A stretch of 64,000 bases of DNA from Gammaproteobacteria bacterium (GCA_965221955.1 CBDCTA010000018.1:96001-160000); one strand, 5' to 3'; counted from the first letter of the stretch, positions 20,525 through 31,953 are shown. Notes: generated by a model not told the origin, from the letters alone. Translations and numbers: made by a program.

Positions 20525-23095
20525 TTAGGCTTCTTCTTGTGCTTCTTCTTGGGAAAGATTTTCGATACGCTCCACTTCTACCAAGCGCTCATCTTCAGAA
20601 AGACGTATTAATCTTACACCTTGAGTATTGCGCCCCATTCGCGACACGTCTTTAACCGGAGTTCTTACTAAGGTGCCACTATCGGTAATCAGCATGATTT
20701 CGTCATCATCCGATACCGCAACTGCACCCACAACATCACCATTACGACCCGAAGTTTGAATTGCAATTACACCTTGTCCGCCACGCTTTTGCACAGGGTA
20801 CTCGCTCATATCCGTGCGTTTACCGTAGCCATTTTCCGTTGCCACTAGAACATCTGTTGAAGTCATATTTTCTTTAATCGTGATTAAGGAAACCACTTGT
20901 TGGTCTTCGCCCAACTTTATGCCACGGACTCCAGTTGCATTGCGCCCCATCGCACGCACATCATCTTCAGTAAACCGAATTGATTTGCCCGCACTGCTTA
21001 CTAACAATAAATCCGTATTGCCATCCGTTATCGCAACATCGATCAGTCGATCATTCTCGCGTAAATCAACTGCCAAAATACCGCTAGCACGTGGTCGTGA
21101 AAATTCGGTTAATTTAGTTTTCTTCACTGTGCCGCTGCTTGCTACCATTACCACATATGCATCTTCACGATATTCTTTTACCGGCAACACAACATTGATA
21201 CGCTCATCTTCTTGCAATGGCAGTAGATTAACGATTGGTTTACCACGCGCGGTACGCCCCGCTTGTGGTAAGGCATACACTTTCAACCAATATACTTTGC
21301 CACGACTCGAAAAGCACAAAATCGTATCATGTGTGTTGGCAACAAATAATTGATCAACAAAATCTTCAGCCTTGACTGAAGTAGCTGCTTTCCCACGTCC
21401 TCCACGTCGTTGTGCACGATAGGTATCGAGTGGTTGTGACTTGGCATAACCTGCATGCGACAATGTGACGACAACATTTTCCTCGGGAATCAAGTCTTCC
21501 ATAGTAAGATCGGCTTGTGCATCGGTGATCTCAGTACGACGTTTGTCGCCATAATGATCACGAATTTCTTCTAACTCTTCGCGAATCACTGCCAATAAAC
21601 GCTCAGGGTCTTGCAGAATCTCCAACAAGTCGATGATCTTTTCTAATAAATCGCTATAGTCACTGACAATTTTGTCTTGTTCTAAACCCGTTAAGCGATG
21701 TAAACGTAAGTCCAAGATCGCTTGAGCCTGGGTCGGTGAAAGATGATATTCACCTTTATGCATTCCATATTTAGGATCTAGATCTTCAGGTTTTGATGCA
21801 TCTGCACCGGCGCGGTCCAACATTTTGATCACTACGCCTGGCTTCCAAGATTTAGCTACTAGTTTTTCTTTCGCGACCGCAGGGCTTTCCGATTTTTTTA
21901 TCAGTGCGATAATTTCATCAATATTCGTTAATGCGACCGCTTGCCCTTCTAATATATGTGCACGTTCACGTGCTTTACGTAATTCAAAAATTGTGCGACG
22001 AGTAACTACATCACGGCGATGGCGAATAAACGCCTGCAAAATTTGTTTTAAATTTAATAAACGTGGTTGACCATCAACTAATGCCACCATGTTAATGCCG
22101 AACACACTCTGCATTGCAGTGTGCTTATATAAATTATTTAAAATAACTTCACTGACCTCACCACGACGTAGCTCTACTACAATACGCATACCGTCTTTGT
22201 CTGATTCATCACGCAAGCCATCAGCTGCAATGCCTTCAAGACGCTTTTCTTTAACCAAATCTGCGATTTTGATAATCAAGTTTGCTTTGTTTACTTGATA
22301 CGGCAACTCAGTGACTACAATTCGCTCGCGGCCACTTTTTTCATCTTGCTCAATATGCGTGCGTGCGCGCATATGTACACGACCTCGGCCTGTGCGATAC
22401 GCTTCTACAATCCCAGCTCGGCCATTAATCAATGCAGCTGTAGGAAAATCTGGACCAGGCAAATGCTGCATTAATTCTTTGTAATCCGCTTCTGGGTTTT
22501 GAATCAGCGCAATACTGGCATCAATCACCTCAGTCAAATTATGTGGTGGGATATTGGTTGCCATCCCCACAGCAATCCCGGATGAACCATTGACTAATAA
22601 ATTAGGAATGCGAGTCGGAAAAACCGAAGGTTCAGTTTCTTCGTCGTTGTAGTTAGGAACAAAATCAACTGTATCTTTTTCAAGATCTGCAACAATTTCA
22701 TGCGCAATTTTAGCCATGCGTATCTCGGTATAACGCATTGCAGCGGGCGCATCGCCATCAACGGAACCAAAGTTACCTTGACCGTCCACCAACATATAAC
22801 GCATCGAAAAAGGTTGCGCCATACGCACAATCGTGTCGTAGACGGCGGTATCGCCATGTGGGTGATATTTACCAATCACATCCCCAACTACACGTGCAGA
22901 TTTTTTATAGGGTTTATTCCAGTCATTTCCCAACTCATTCATAGCATACAAAACACGACGATGAACTGGTTTTAATCCATCTCGAACGTCAGGCAAAGCA
23001 CGGCCAACGATCACGCTCATAGCGTAATCGAGGTACGATTGACGCATCTCATCTTCGAGATTTACTGGGAGTATTTCTTTGGCGATTGCAGCCAT
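20525..23095 (-). CDS. gyrA: DNA gyrase subunit A
   Basis: [23 protein letters not shown], catalytic AAMRYTE, GyrA-box QRRGGRG and C-terminal pinwheel repeats. Confidence 0.99.
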   Translation of the reverse strand: MAAIAKEILPVNLEDEMRQSYLDYAMSVIVGRALPDVRDGLKPVHRRVLYAMNELGNDWNKPYKKSARVVGDVIGKYHPHGDTAVYDTIVRMAQPFSMRYMLVDGQGNFGSVDGDAPAAMRYTEIRMAKIAHEIVADLEKDTVDFVPNYNDEETEPSVFPTRIPNLLVNGSSGIAVGMATNIPPHNLTEVIDASIALIQNPEADYKELMQHLPGPDFPTAALINGRAGIVEAYRTGRGRVHMRARTHIEQDEKSGRERIVVTELPYQVNKANLIIKIADLVKEKRLEGIAADGLRDESDKDGMRIVVELRRGEVSEVILNNLYKHTAMQSVFGINMVALVDGQPRLLNLKQILQAFIRHRRDVVTRRTIFELRKARERAHILEGQAVALTNIDEIIALIKKSESPAVAKEKLVAKSWKPGVVIKMLDRAGADASKPEDLDPKYGMHKGEYHLSPTQAQAILDLRLHRLTGLEQDKIVSDYSDLLEKIIDLLEILQDPERLLAVIREELEEIRDHYGDKRRTEITDAQADLTMEDLIPEENVVVTLSHAGYAKSQPLDTYRAQRRGGRGKAATSVKAEDFVDQLFVANTHDTILCFSSRGKVYWLKVYALPQAGRTARGKPIVNLLPLQEDERINVVLPVKEYREDAYVVMVASSGTVKKTKLTEFSRPRASGILAVDLRENDRLIDVAITDGNTDLLLVSSAGKSIRFTEDDVRAMGRNATGVRGIKLGEDQQVVSLITIKENMTSTDVLVATENGYGKRTDMSEYPVQKRGGQGVIAIQTSGRNGDVVGAVAVSDDDEIMLITDSGTLVRTPVKDVSRMGRNTQGVRLIRLSEDERLVEVERIENLSQEEAQEEA

Positions 23096-23304
23096 CTAAA
23101 TGCTAGCTTTATGTGTTTCAGGTGTAACTTTTTAGGTGAACTTATATTCGTTCTAATGCGCTAAATTATAACATAAGTCCAGGAGAGTGGGTCGGAACAA
23201 AAGGCAATATAAACGTATCTGACAGCTTTAAAAATCGATTTGATGATTATTGAATCCCTATTTTTATGGTTGGCCGAGTTAAAAAAGCACAAAATATGGC
23301 CAAA

Positions 23305-24348
23305 TCACTCGCTTTTCATTAACGCTTCAATTTTGCTGCGATTCGGTGCTTCCACCACACCTTTTTCAGTCACCAAAGCGGTAACTAATTCAGCTGGCGT
23401 AACATCGAAGACGGGGTTCCACACCTGTGCATTTTCTGGACTAATTGACTGATCTTGGATCAAGGTGATTTCACTTTGTGACCGCTCTTCAATTTCAATT
23501 TCATCTCCACAGTTCACCTGCATATCAATCGTACTAGTTGGAGCTGCCACCATAAATTTCACATTATGCTGACGTGCCATAACCGCCAAAGAATAGGTAC
23601 CAATTTTATTTGCTACATCCCCATTACTGGCTACACGATCTGCACCGACGATCACCCAAGCCAACTGTTTTTGGCGCATTAAACTTGCCGCTGCACTATC
23701 GCAAATTAAGGTAACCGGAATATTGTCTTGCAGTAATTCCCACGCAGTGAGTCTCGTACCTTGAAACCATGGACGTGTTTCATCTGCATAAACGGCTTTA
23801 ATTTTATTTTGCGCGAAGGCACTGCGTATCACACCCAATGCCGTGCCATAACCACCCGTAGCCAATGCACCTGCATTACAATGAGTTAGCACAGTCGATT
23901 TTTGCTTGAGCAGATCTGCACCAAAATCACCTAATGACTTATTTGCTTGAATATCTTCTTGATGAATGCGTTTTGCAGCAAAAAGCAAAACTGGTTCCGG
24001 ATCTTTGCTCTTTAGTTTCACAATTTCATTTCGCATGCAGTCTATCGCCCAACGTAAATTCACAGCAGTGGGTCTTGCCAGCGACAGCTCTGACAGATCT
24101 TGCTCAATCGCTTGCTGCCAATTCGCTGCTGATTCTTGATATCTTGTTCGTGCTGCCAATACCGCACCAAAAGCAGCTGTTACACCAATTGCTGGGGCAC
24201 CCCGCACCACCATATCCTTAATAGCTTGTGAAACATCCTGCAAAGTATGGCAGTGTATATACTCCACCTTTTGAGGTAACAGGCGCTGATCCAGCAAAAT
24301 TAAATGATCATCTCGCCATGCGATGGCTTGATCTGCTAATGATTTCAT
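23305..24348 (-). CDS. mtnA: S-methyl-5-thioribose-1-phosphate isomerase
   Basis: LLDQRLLP, MVVRGAPAIG, RPTAVNL, THCNAGALAT, ETRPWFQG and NKIGTY motifs. Start taken at ATG 24348; the track begins at 24378. Confidence 0.95.
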   Translation of the reverse strand: MKSLADQAIAWRDDHLILLDQRLLPQKVEYIHCHTLQDVSQAIKDMVVRGAPAIGVTAAFGAVLAARTRYQESAANWQQAIEQDLSELSLARPTAVNLRWAIDCMRNEIVKLKSKDPEPVLLFAAKRIHQEDIQANKSLGDFGADLLKQKSTVLTHCNAGALATGGYGTALGVIRSAFAQNKIKAVYADETRPWFQGTRLTAWELLQDNIPVTLICDSAAASLMRQKQLAWVIVGADRVASNGDVANKIGTYSLAVMARQHNVKFMVAAPTSTIDMQVNCGDEIEIEERSQSEITLIQDQSISPENAQVWNPVFDVTPAELVTALVTEKGVVEAPNRSKIEALMKSE

Positions 24349-24494
24349 TTTAGTTAAACCAACTGTTTTATTTTGCACAGATTATGCACGTCATGGTGCA
24401 TCTTGAATATCAAAATTAATACTACAATAGTTGCTTTAAATAGGTTGCTTATCAACAATCTGCTAAAGTCAGCATTAAAATTTAAATAAGCTAT

Positions 24495-25817
24495 ATGCAA
24501 CAAATTCAAACTCTGATGCATTGCAGCACGTTGATTCCGGTGAATGAAACTGCTGCTGAAAATGAGCGTGTGCTATTGGAACATAGCATTGCCATTCAAG
24601 ATGGACGCATTCTAGATATTTTGCCTACTGCGAAAGCCAAGCAGAAATATTCAAGCGCTTCCACATTTAACTATGACCATCATATTGCTCTACCTGGATT
24701 AATTAACACACATACGCATGCTGCGATGACCTTGTTCCGCGGTTTAGCAAATGATTTACCACTAATGGAATGGTTAGAAAACCATATTTGGCCTGCTGAA
24801 CAGAAATGGGTGAATGAAGAGTTCGTACAACTCGGTACACAACTAGCCATGGCAGAAATGTTGCGAGGCGGCGTGACATGTTTTAACGATATGTATTTTT
24901 ATGCCGAGGATTCTGCTCATGAAGCTACCAAGTCTGGCATGCGAGCATACATAGGTATGATCTTGTTAGACTTCCCCACACAATATGCCAAAGATGCTGA
25001 CGAATATTTTTCAAAAGGATTAGCCTTACACGATCAATACAAAACTCACCCTCTTGTTAAATGCACCTTCGCTCCTCATGCGCCTTATACTGTATCTAAC
25101 CCTCCGCTAGAGCGTGTTGCCATGTTAGCCAATGAATTAGAACTTCCTGTTCACATTCATTTGCATGAAACGCGTGATGAGATTGCACAAAGTCTGGAAC
25201 AGTACAACGTGCGACCCATCCAACGCCTACTTGATCTTGGGCTACTCAATAACAATTTAATAGCAGTACACATGACTCACCTCGAAGATGATGAAATTGA
25301 TTTACTTGCTGAAACCAATGTCAATGTTGTGCATTGCCCACAATCTAATTTAAAACTTGCAAGTGGATTTTGCCCGGTACAAAAACTTAGAGACAAGAAT
25401 ATTAATATCACTATTGGTACAGACAGTTGTGCCAGTAACGATGACTTGGATATTTTCGATGAAATGCATAGCGCAGCATTGTTGGCTAAAGGCGTAGCAA
25501 ATAATGCTGCAGCTTTCCCAGCTTATGAAGCACTGCGAAGTACTACTATCAATGCAGCAACTGCCTTAGGCATAGGCCAAGAAGTAGGTTCTTTAGAAAT
25601 TGGCAAATCTGCCGACCTTTGTATTGTTGATATCGACATGCTGGAAGCACAACCCATGTACGATCCGATTGGGCACCTGGTGTATGCTACGCAACGCAAT
25701 CAAGTTTCTGATGTTTGGGTAGCAGGTAAACAGCTATTAAGTAATCGTGAGTTATTAACGCTTGATCAAAACGAAATTGTTGCTAGAACTAAGCAATGGC
25801 ACAAGAACATTAATTAA
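24495..25817 (+). CDS. mtaD: TRZ/ATZ amidohydrolase (5'-methylthioadenosine/SAH deaminase-like)
   Basis: PGLINTHTH, PHAPYT, HIHLHET, HCPQSNLKLASG and GTD..ASN motifs; conserved mtnA-mtaD-ubiG synteny. Confidence 0.85.
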   Translation: MQQIQTLMHCSTLIPVNETAAENERVLLEHSIAIQDGRILDILPTAKAKQKYSSASTFNYDHHIALPGLINTHTHAAMTLFRGLANDLPLMEWLENHIWPAEQKWVNEEFVQLGTQLAMAEMLRGGVTCFNDMYFYAEDSAHEATKSGMRAYIGMILLDFPTQYAKDADEYFSKGLALHDQYKTHPLVKCTFAPHAPYTVSNPPLERVAMLANELELPVHIHLHETRDEIAQSLEQYNVRPIQRLLDLGLLNNNLIAVHMTHLEDDEIDLLAETNVNVVHCPQSNLKLASGFCPVQKLRDKNINITIGTDSCASNDDLDIFDEMHSAALLAKGVANNAAAFPAYEALRSTTINAATALGIGQEVGSLEIGKSADLCIVDIDMLEAQPMYDPIGHLVYATQRNQVSDVWVAGKQLLSNRELLTLDQNEIVARTKQWHKNIN

Positions 25818-25826
25818 CCATTCGTA

Positions 25827-26558
25827 ATGCCCGGTCTAAAAGAAAAACACAGTCCAAATGTGGACGAACAGGAATTAGCAAAGTTTGAAGCCCTCGCTTA
25901 CCGCTGGTGGGATACTGAAAGTGAATTTAAGCCTCTACATGACATCAATCCACTGCGACTCAATTTCATTGATGAACGCACAAGCTTAAAAGGGAAAAAA
26001 ATATTAGATATAGGATGTGGAGGTGGCATCTTATCTGAATCTATGGCGCAACGTGGTGGTGCTGTTAAAGGCATTGATTTAGGCGAAACACCGCTTGCGG
26101 TAGCAAAAATTCATGCTAAAGAACAAAGTACAAACTCTAAATTAGATCTTGAATATCAAGCAATTTCAGCAGAAGACATCGCGCAAATAGAACCGCAATC
26201 TTATGATGTGGTTACATGTATGGAAATGCTAGAACATGTTCCCGATCCAGCAGCAATTGTTCAAGCTTGTGCCGATTTAGTAAAACCAAACGGGCATGTG
26301 TTTTTTTCTACTATCAATCGCAATCCTAAATCATTTTTATTTGCCATTGTTGGCGCTGAATATATATTAAATCTATTGCCCAAAGGCACTCATGATTATG
26401 AAAAACTTATTCGTCCATCTGAGCTTGATCGCTGGATACGCCAAGCAAACTTACACACCAACGAAATAATTGGCATGACTTATAATCCACTACTTAAAAC
26501 GTATAAGTTATCTTCTGATACGAGCGTAAACTATATTGTGTACGCACAAAAAAGCTGA
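25827..26558 (+). CDS. ubiG: Ubiquinone biosynthesis O-methyltransferase
   Basis: [39 protein letters not shown] and STINRN motifs. Confidence 0.97.
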   Translation: MPGLKEKHSPNVDEQELAKFEALAYRWWDTESEFKPLHDINPLRLNFIDERTSLKGKKILDIGCGGGILSESMAQRGGAVKGIDLGETPLAVAKIHAKEQSTNSKLDLEYQAISAEDIAQIEPQSYDVVTCMEMLEHVPDPAAIVQACADLVKPNGHVFFSTINRNPKSFLFAIVGAEYILNLLPKGTHDYEKLIRPSELDRWIRQANLHTNEIIGMTYNPLLKTYKLSSDTSVNYIVYAQKS

Positions 26559-26572
26559 TTTATAAAAAATTA

Positions 26573-27247
26573 ATGCCTACCAACGCACGCGTTCAAGCAG
26601 TACTTTTTGATTTAGACGGCACACTAGCCGACACTTCTCCTGACATGACGGATGCGCTCAATTTATTATTAACAAAATACAATAGACCCACACTTGAATA
26701 TGAGTTTGTACGCAACCACACATCTCGCGGTAGTATCGCAATGATTCAACTCGGTTTTGAAGAAAAATTAGGAGAAGAACATAGCATTCAACTGCGTGAT
26801 GAGTTTTTGCAACTCTATGCAGAGAATTTATGCAACCACACAAAACTCTTTCCTGGAGTAGACGAATTATTAGATTCCCTAGAAGAAAATGAAATTCCAT
26901 GGGGAATTGTTACCAACAAGCCTGGGGCATTAGCTGAACCCTTAGTACAGGAATTAGGTATTGCTTTCAGAGCTGTTTGCATGGTCAGCGGTGATTCCTT
27001 ATCGCGCAGAAAACCTGATCCCGACCAACTTCACCATGCCGCAAACATGCTCGGTATTAATGAACCTCATACGGTGTATATGGGCGACGACCCTAGGGAT
27101 GTGCAAGCCGGTAAAGCCGCGGGTATGCGTACCGCTGTAGCCGCATATGGATACATCCAAGACGACCAAAATCCACAACATTGGGATGCAGATATTGTGC
27201 TTGAGCATGCCTTGCACCTTAAGGATTGGCTTTTTAGCAACAGCTGA
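26573..27247 (+). CDS. HAD-family phosphatase (Gph/MupP-like)
   Basis: FDLDGTLADT, VTNKP, KPDP and MGDD.RD motifs. It follows ubiG, where Pseudomonas has mupP. Confidence 0.85.
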   Translation: MPTNARVQAVLFDLDGTLADTSPDMTDALNLLLTKYNRPTLEYEFVRNHTSRGSIAMIQLGFEEKLGEEHSIQLRDEFLQLYAENLCNHTKLFPGVDELLDSLEENEIPWGIVTNKPGALAEPLVQELGIAFRAVCMVSGDSLSRRKPDPDQLHHAANMLGINEPHTVYMGDDPRDVQAGKAAGMRTAVAAYGYIQDDQNPQHWDADIVLEHALHLKDWLFSNS

Positions 27248-27261
27248 TCGACAATATCTAC

Positions 27262-28530
27262 ATGATTAGTGTAGAACTTCAAGACACCTGGCAATTTGTC
27301 CTGTTATGCGCAAGCTTGTGCTTACTGAGTGCTGCATTGGGCGCGCTCATTATGCGCAGTCGTGCACGCAGAGAGAACGAAAAACTTGAGACCATATCAC
27401 AACAATTGTCTATGCAGTTACAGTTAGAAAAGGAACGCTATCTTGAAAAGATCGAAACGATTGAAGAATCTCGCAAACAACTGGAAAATTCTTTTTCTGT
27501 ACTTTCACAACAAGCATTACAACTTAATAATGAAAATTTTCTAGCTCTGGCAAAAGAAAAGCTTACACAGTTTCAAATTCAGGCTGAAGCTAACCTCGAT
27601 AAAAAAGAAAAATCTATTGAAACCTTATTAAAACCAATTCAATCCGCTCTTAAACAAACTGAAGAACAGATTCAATCTATTGAAAAAGATCGTAAAGAAT
27701 CTTTTGGCTCGCTTTCACAACATTTGAAAATCATTAACGAAACCCAATCAGATCTACGCTTAGAAACTCAAAACTTAGTCCAAGCATTACGCAGACCTGA
27801 AGTACGTGGACAATGGGGTGAGCTCACTCTGAAGCGCATCGCTGAATTAGCAGGCATGGTAGATCACTGTGATTTTTACGAGCAACAACAAAGTGAAGCG
27901 AATGATTCCCGTATGCGCCCAGATATGATTGTGCGCATGCCTGATCAAAGAGAACTTATTATCGATGCAAAAACGCCATTAGATGCTTATTTAAATGCAA
28001 CTCAAGCAAGTGATGAAAATACACGTGAGAATTCATTAGTTAGACATGCCCGAAATGTACGCGAGCGTATGCGTGAACTTTCCAGCAAATCATATTGGAG
28101 CCAATTTAAGCATTCTCCAGACTTTGTAGTATTGTTCATTCCAGGCGAACAATTTCTATCTGCAGCGTTAGAACAAGACCCTCAATTACTAGAAGATGCT
28201 TTAAAAAATAAAGTTATACTTGCAACTCCTACTAGCATTATCGCATTACTTCGAGCGGTCGCGTTTGGTTGGCGCCAAATCGCAGTTGCTGAAAATGCTG
28301 AAAAAATTCGTGAACTTGGCGAAGATCTATATCATCGCCTAGCCACTTTTGCCGAGCATTTACAAAAGCTTGGTAAAAATCTGGATTCAAGCGTGGAGCA
28401 ATATAATAAAGCCATGGGTTCATTGGATCGCCAGGTATTAAGTGGGGCTAGAAAATTCACAGAACTTGGAATCGAGAAAAAGAAACCAATTCCTGAATTA
28501 AGAATTGTTGAAAATACACCAAAGACATAA
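27262..28530 (+). CDS. rmuC: DNA recombination protein RmuC
   Basis: N-terminal TM helix and coiled coil; RGQWGE, RPD.IV..P, IIDAK.PL, SPDFVVLFIPGE and ATPT motifs. Confidence 0.93.
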   Translation: MISVELQDTWQFVLLCASLCLLSAALGALIMRSRARRENEKLETISQQLSMQLQLEKERYLEKIETIEESRKQLENSFSVLSQQALQLNNENFLALAKEKLTQFQIQAEANLDKKEKSIETLLKPIQSALKQTEEQIQSIEKDRKESFGSLSQHLKIINETQSDLRLETQNLVQALRRPEVRGQWGELTLKRIAELAGMVDHCDFYEQQQSEANDSRMRPDMIVRMPDQRELIIDAKTPLDAYLNATQASDENTRENSLVRHARNVRERMRELSSKSYWSQFKHSPDFVVLFIPGEQFLSAALEQDPQLLEDALKNKVILATPTSIIALLRAVAFGWRQIAVAENAEKIRELGEDLYHRLATFAEHLQKLGKNLDSSVEQYNKAMGSLDRQVLSGARKFTELGIEKKKPIPELRIVENTPKT

Positions 28531-28605
28531 AAATACTTCCTCAACCATTTGCAAGGACTGCATGATTCTTCCTCATCGGGAAATCTATTTCTCAAAGACA
28601 CTTTA

Positions 28606-29358
28606 ATGAATCCATCTGAATATCAACCGAAAAATAATTTTCTTACTACCCAACATGTCGTCATTACCGGTGCTACAGACGGTATTGGGAAAGCTTTAGC
28701 CTATTCATGTGCTGAATATGGCGCAGAGCTGTTGATACTTGGCAAAAATGAGGACAACCTAAAATCTCTAACAGAAGATTTAACAAACTTATCAAATAAT
28801 GATCATCAATATTATTCAATCGATTTTAGTATTGCCGGTGAAGGTGATTACATAAAATTTGCTGAATACTTAGCAGAGCAGAATAAAGCTATCGATTCAC
28901 TGGTTCTTAATGCTGGCTACATGGAGGCATTGCAAGGTATACGTAATTTTCAACTTGAGACATGGCTTAGAACAATCACAGTGAATCAACATGCACCCTT
29001 TATGTTATTAAAGTGCTGCATTCCATTACTCGAACTATCTGACGATCCAAGTATCGTTTTTTCAACACACGATTGTTCCAAAGCGTATTGGGGTGCTTAT
29101 GGTGCAGCCAAATCTGCTCAACTAGGTATGATGGAAATTTTGGCTCAAGAATTAGATAGCGACAAACCTATTAGGGTAAACGGAGTAGATCCTGCACCCG
29201 TACGAACCAAATTGAGGTTAACTAATTTTCCTGGGCTCAACCCAAAAGATTTTGCAGCACCGGAAGACGTGATCGCACCTTATCTATATTTTATTGGATC
29301 CGATAGCAAAGGCATTACTGGAACGAACTACAAGCTGAACCCAGACTTTACTGGCTAA
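28606..29358 (+). CDS. yciK: YciK-like short-chain dehydrogenase
   Basis: ITGATDGIG, AYWGAYGAAK (YxxxK) and IRVN.VDP..VRTKLR motifs. ATG 28606 is preferred over the track start at 28549. Confidence 0.8.
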   Translation: MNPSEYQPKNNFLTTQHVVITGATDGIGKALAYSCAEYGAELLILGKNEDNLKSLTEDLTNLSNNDHQYYSIDFSIAGEGDYIKFAEYLAEQNKAIDSLVLNAGYMEALQGIRNFQLETWLRTITVNQHAPFMLLKCCIPLLELSDDPSIVFSTHDCSKAYWGAYGAAKSAQLGMMEILAQELDSDKPIRVNGVDPAPVRTKLRLTNFPGLNPKDFAAPEDVIAPYLYFIGSDSKGITGTNYKLNPDFTG

Positions 29359-30086
29359 GAGCTCGATACCAAATTCTGTAAGCTTTTAAATTGATTGGGT
29401 GTTAAATCAATATATTTTCCTAAACGCATATCTCGTGGCAACTCTATTGAGCCATAGCGTGTACGAATTAATCGACTTACTCTAAGATTTTGCGATTCCC
29501 AAATTCTACGCACTTCTCGGTTACGTCCCTCGTTTAATACCACACGACACCAAGTATTAGCCCCCCTACCTTCTTGTACCTCAAGAATTTTTAATTTCGC
29601 AATACCTTCTTCTAATCGCACACCGTTTTGAATGTTCGACATGATTTCATTGGTTACTTTACCTTGTACACGCACTCGGTATTCACGCTCAATTTGATTG
29701 CGTGGATGCATCAGCTCATTTGCCAATTTCCCATCTGTTGTAAATAAAAGCAAACCTGAAGTATTAACATCCAAGCGCCCCACAGACACCCAACGCCCTG
29801 ATTTCAAATACGGTAATTTCCCAAAAACGGTGGGCCGATTCTCTGGATCTGAACGAGAAACAATCTCACCAGTGGGTTTGTTATACAAAATGACACGACT
29901 ATGAATATTTGTTTTTAAATGGACTAACTCACCTCTAATTTCAATCTTTTCATCACCATTGATCGATTGACCCAAGGTGCACAACTCACCATTAACCTGG
30001 ATATCCCCTGCCTTAATCCAACGCTCTATTTCACGACGCGAAGCCACCCCTTGGTTTGCAAGATATTTTTGAATTCTTTCTGACAA
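29355..30086 (-). CDS. rluB: 23S rRNA pseudouridine synthase B
   Basis: S4 domain ERIQKYLA..GVASRR, catalytic GRLDVNTSGL, EGRNREVRR, and location downstream of scpAB. Confidence 0.9.
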   Translation of the reverse strand: MSERIQKYLANQGVASRREIERWIKAGDIQVNGELCTLGQSINGDEKIEIRGELVHLKTNIHSRVILYNKPTGEIVSRSDPENRPTVFGKLPYLKSGRWVSVGRLDVNTSGLLLFTTDGKLANELMHPRNQIEREYRVRVQGKVTNEIMSNIQNGVRLEEGIAKLKILEVQEGRGANTWCRVVLNEGRNREVRRIWESQNLRVSRLIRTRYGSIELPRDMRLGKYIDLTPNQFKSLQNLVSSS

Positions 30087-30112
30087 TTTATTTAATATTT
30101 CAAAAATAGAAA

Positions 30113-30142
30113 AATGTCCACTTTGGGTCGTAAACGGTCATT
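30113..30142 (+). repeat. 30-bp imperfect palindromic repeat, copy 1
   Basis: AATGTCCACTTTGGGTCGTAAACGGTCATT matches 36820-36849 at 25 of 30 positions. Confidence 0.7.
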
Positions 30143-30210
30143 ATACTTAATTACTAATCATCCTTAATTTCCCATAATCTACTTGACGAGAAAGCAGATA
30201 AGACTGCTGA

Positions 30211-30394
30211 CAAATGAACAGTGAAGTTCATTTGAGGCATGTTGAGCATGGATGCGAATCATACCGACAGCCAAGTCGTTCTGTGCGGCGAGTGCACCCC
30301 CGTTCAATAGATAAGGGGCAAGTAAATGGGGTGTCCTTTCTTTTGGTTCCCATTTCTTATTTTCTTAGGCTTTGGACAAGCAAAGAAAATGAAC
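30211..30394. repeat. Degenerate structured intergenic element (MITE/REP-like)
   Basis: Hairpins CAAATGAAC-N6-GTTCATTTG and GC-ATGGAT-GC, ending in GGGGTGTCCTTTCTTTTGGTTC...CTTTGGACAAGCAAAGAAAATGAAC. GC-richer than the flanks. Confidence 0.55.
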
Positions 30395-30456
30395 AAGTAA
30401 TTTGATAAATATGATTCAGCGAACTGAACGTTCACTTCTTGCCGATAATAAAAAAT

Positions 30457-31107
30457 TTAGTGTCTAGTCTGATTCGGCTCTACTTCAACGATATCCCCAG
30501 AATCCGTGACTACACCTAATTGTGCTTGCGCATCATCTTCTACTGGCGCACCTAAATCAAGCTCTGGATGTTCTTGATCTAAGTCTGTTAAATCAGCAAG
30601 CGTGGGCAATTCGTTTAGTGTTTTTAAATTAAAATAATCTAAAAACTTTTTAGTACTTCCATACAATGCTGGGCGACCGGGTACTTCTTTATGCCCAATG
30701 ACTTTTATCCACTCTCTTTCCAAAAGAGTTTTTATAATACTACTGCTTACACTTACTCCACGAACTTCTTCAATTTCACCACGTGTAATCGGTTGACGAT
30801 ATACAATTAAAGACAGTGTTTCTAATAAAGCACGCGTATAACGCGGAGGTTTTTCTTGCCATAAACGCGCTACCCAAGGTTGCACATCTGTACGGGTTTG
30901 ATAACGGTAGCCACTGGCAATTCTTTTTAGTTCAACCCCACGCCCTTCGCATTCATCTTGTAATGCTTTTAAAATATTTTTAATTTGATCACGTGTGGGT
31001 TTGTCTTCATCATGTTCAAATAATTGCAACAAGCGATCAATATTCAATGTCGTATCGGCAGCCATTAGTGCGGCTTCTAAAATTTGTTTTAGCTGATCAT
31101 CTTTCAT
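30457..31107 (-). CDS. scpB: SMC-Scp complex subunit ScpB
   Basis: ALLETL..IVYRQPITRGEIEEVRGV, GRPALY.ST..FLDYF and LPTL motifs. Confidence 0.96.
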   Translation of the reverse strand: MKDDQLKQILEAALMAADTTLNIDRLLQLFEHDEDKPTRDQIKNILKALQDECEGRGVELKRIASGYRYQTRTDVQPWVARLWQEKPPRYTRALLETLSLIVYRQPITRGEIEEVRGVSVSSSIIKTLLEREWIKVIGHKEVPGRPALYGSTKKFLDYFNLKTLNELPTLADLTDLDQEHPELDLGAPVEDDAQAQLGVVTDSGDIVEVEPNQTRH

Positions 31108-31116
31108 AATAATCTT

Positions 31117-31953
31117 TTAGAATATTTCATCCTCAACAGGGCCTTTGACAGCCGGTTTTACATAGATAGGTGCAAAAGGTTCTGACTGAACCAATTCAAT
31201 GATATGACCTTTAATTAATTCGAGAAGCGCTAGAAAAGTAACAATAACTCCACTACGCCCTTCTTCTGGGGTGAAAAAGCGATTAAATTCAACAAAGTCT
31301 TCAACGTTTAACATCGTCAACACTTTTGACATTCTTTCTCGCACTGATAAAGGTTCACGCTCGATGTGATGACTTGCAAACATTTGTGCACGCTGCATCA
31401 CTTCTTGAAATGCTGCGATCACATCTTTTAAATCTACTGTAGGCTGCGGACGTTCGTATTCATATTCAGATTGAATAACCGAAACTCCAAAAGTATCACG
31501 ATGCATACGTGGGATTTCATTAATTTCTTCTGCGACTTTTTTAAATCTCTCGTATTCTTGTAAACGACGAATGAGTTCCGCACGCGGATCTTCTTCTTCA
31601 TCTTCTTCGACCGGCCGTGGTAATAATAAGCGTGATTTGATTTCTGCCAACATTGCCGCCATCACCAAATACTCTGCTGCAAGCTCTAGACGCATCTCTT
31701 GCATCAGCTCGATGTAATTCATGTATTGCTGAGTAATCTGAAAAACCGGCAACGTCAAAATATCTAAATTTTGTCGTTTGATTAAATATAAAAGTAAATC
31801 GAGTGGCCCTTCGAAAGCATCAAGAAAAATTTCTAAGGCATCGGGAGGGATATACAGGTCTTCTGGTGGTACCGTCATGGGCTCACCTTTAACTACTGCA
31901 AAAGGTAACTCACCCTGAAGGTTATCCTGCGAATTGGATTCTGTATCAGCCAC
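31117..31953 (-). CDS. scpA: Segregation and condensation protein A
   Basis: FEGPLDLLLYLI, AAEYLVMAA and VTFLALLEL motifs. GTG at 31953 follows a GAGGAG RBS. Confidence 0.95.
   Translation of the reverse strand: MADTESNSQDNLQGELPFAVVKGEPMTVPPEDLYIPPDALEIFLDAFEGPLDLLLYLIKRQNLDILTLPVFQITQQYMNYIELMQEMRLELAAEYLVMAAMLAEIKSRLLLPRPVEEDEEEDPRAELIRRLQEYERFKKVAEEINEIPRMHRDTFGVSVIQSEYEYERPQPTVDLKDVIAAFQEVMQRAQMFASHHIEREPLSVRERMSKVLTMLNVEDFVEFNRFFTPEEGRSGVIVTFLALLELIKGHIIELVQSEPFAPIYVKPAVKGPVEDEIF

Noticed and set aside
22830-22870. GyrA Thr at the position of E. coli Ser83 as a quinolone-resistance allele
   Set aside because: HGDTAVYD is the natural wild-type sequence in Pseudomonas-like Gammaproteobacteria.
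30214-30405. 63-aa ORF between rluB and scpB
   Set aside because: It coincides with the structured repeat element, and has no clear RBS or protein-like motif.
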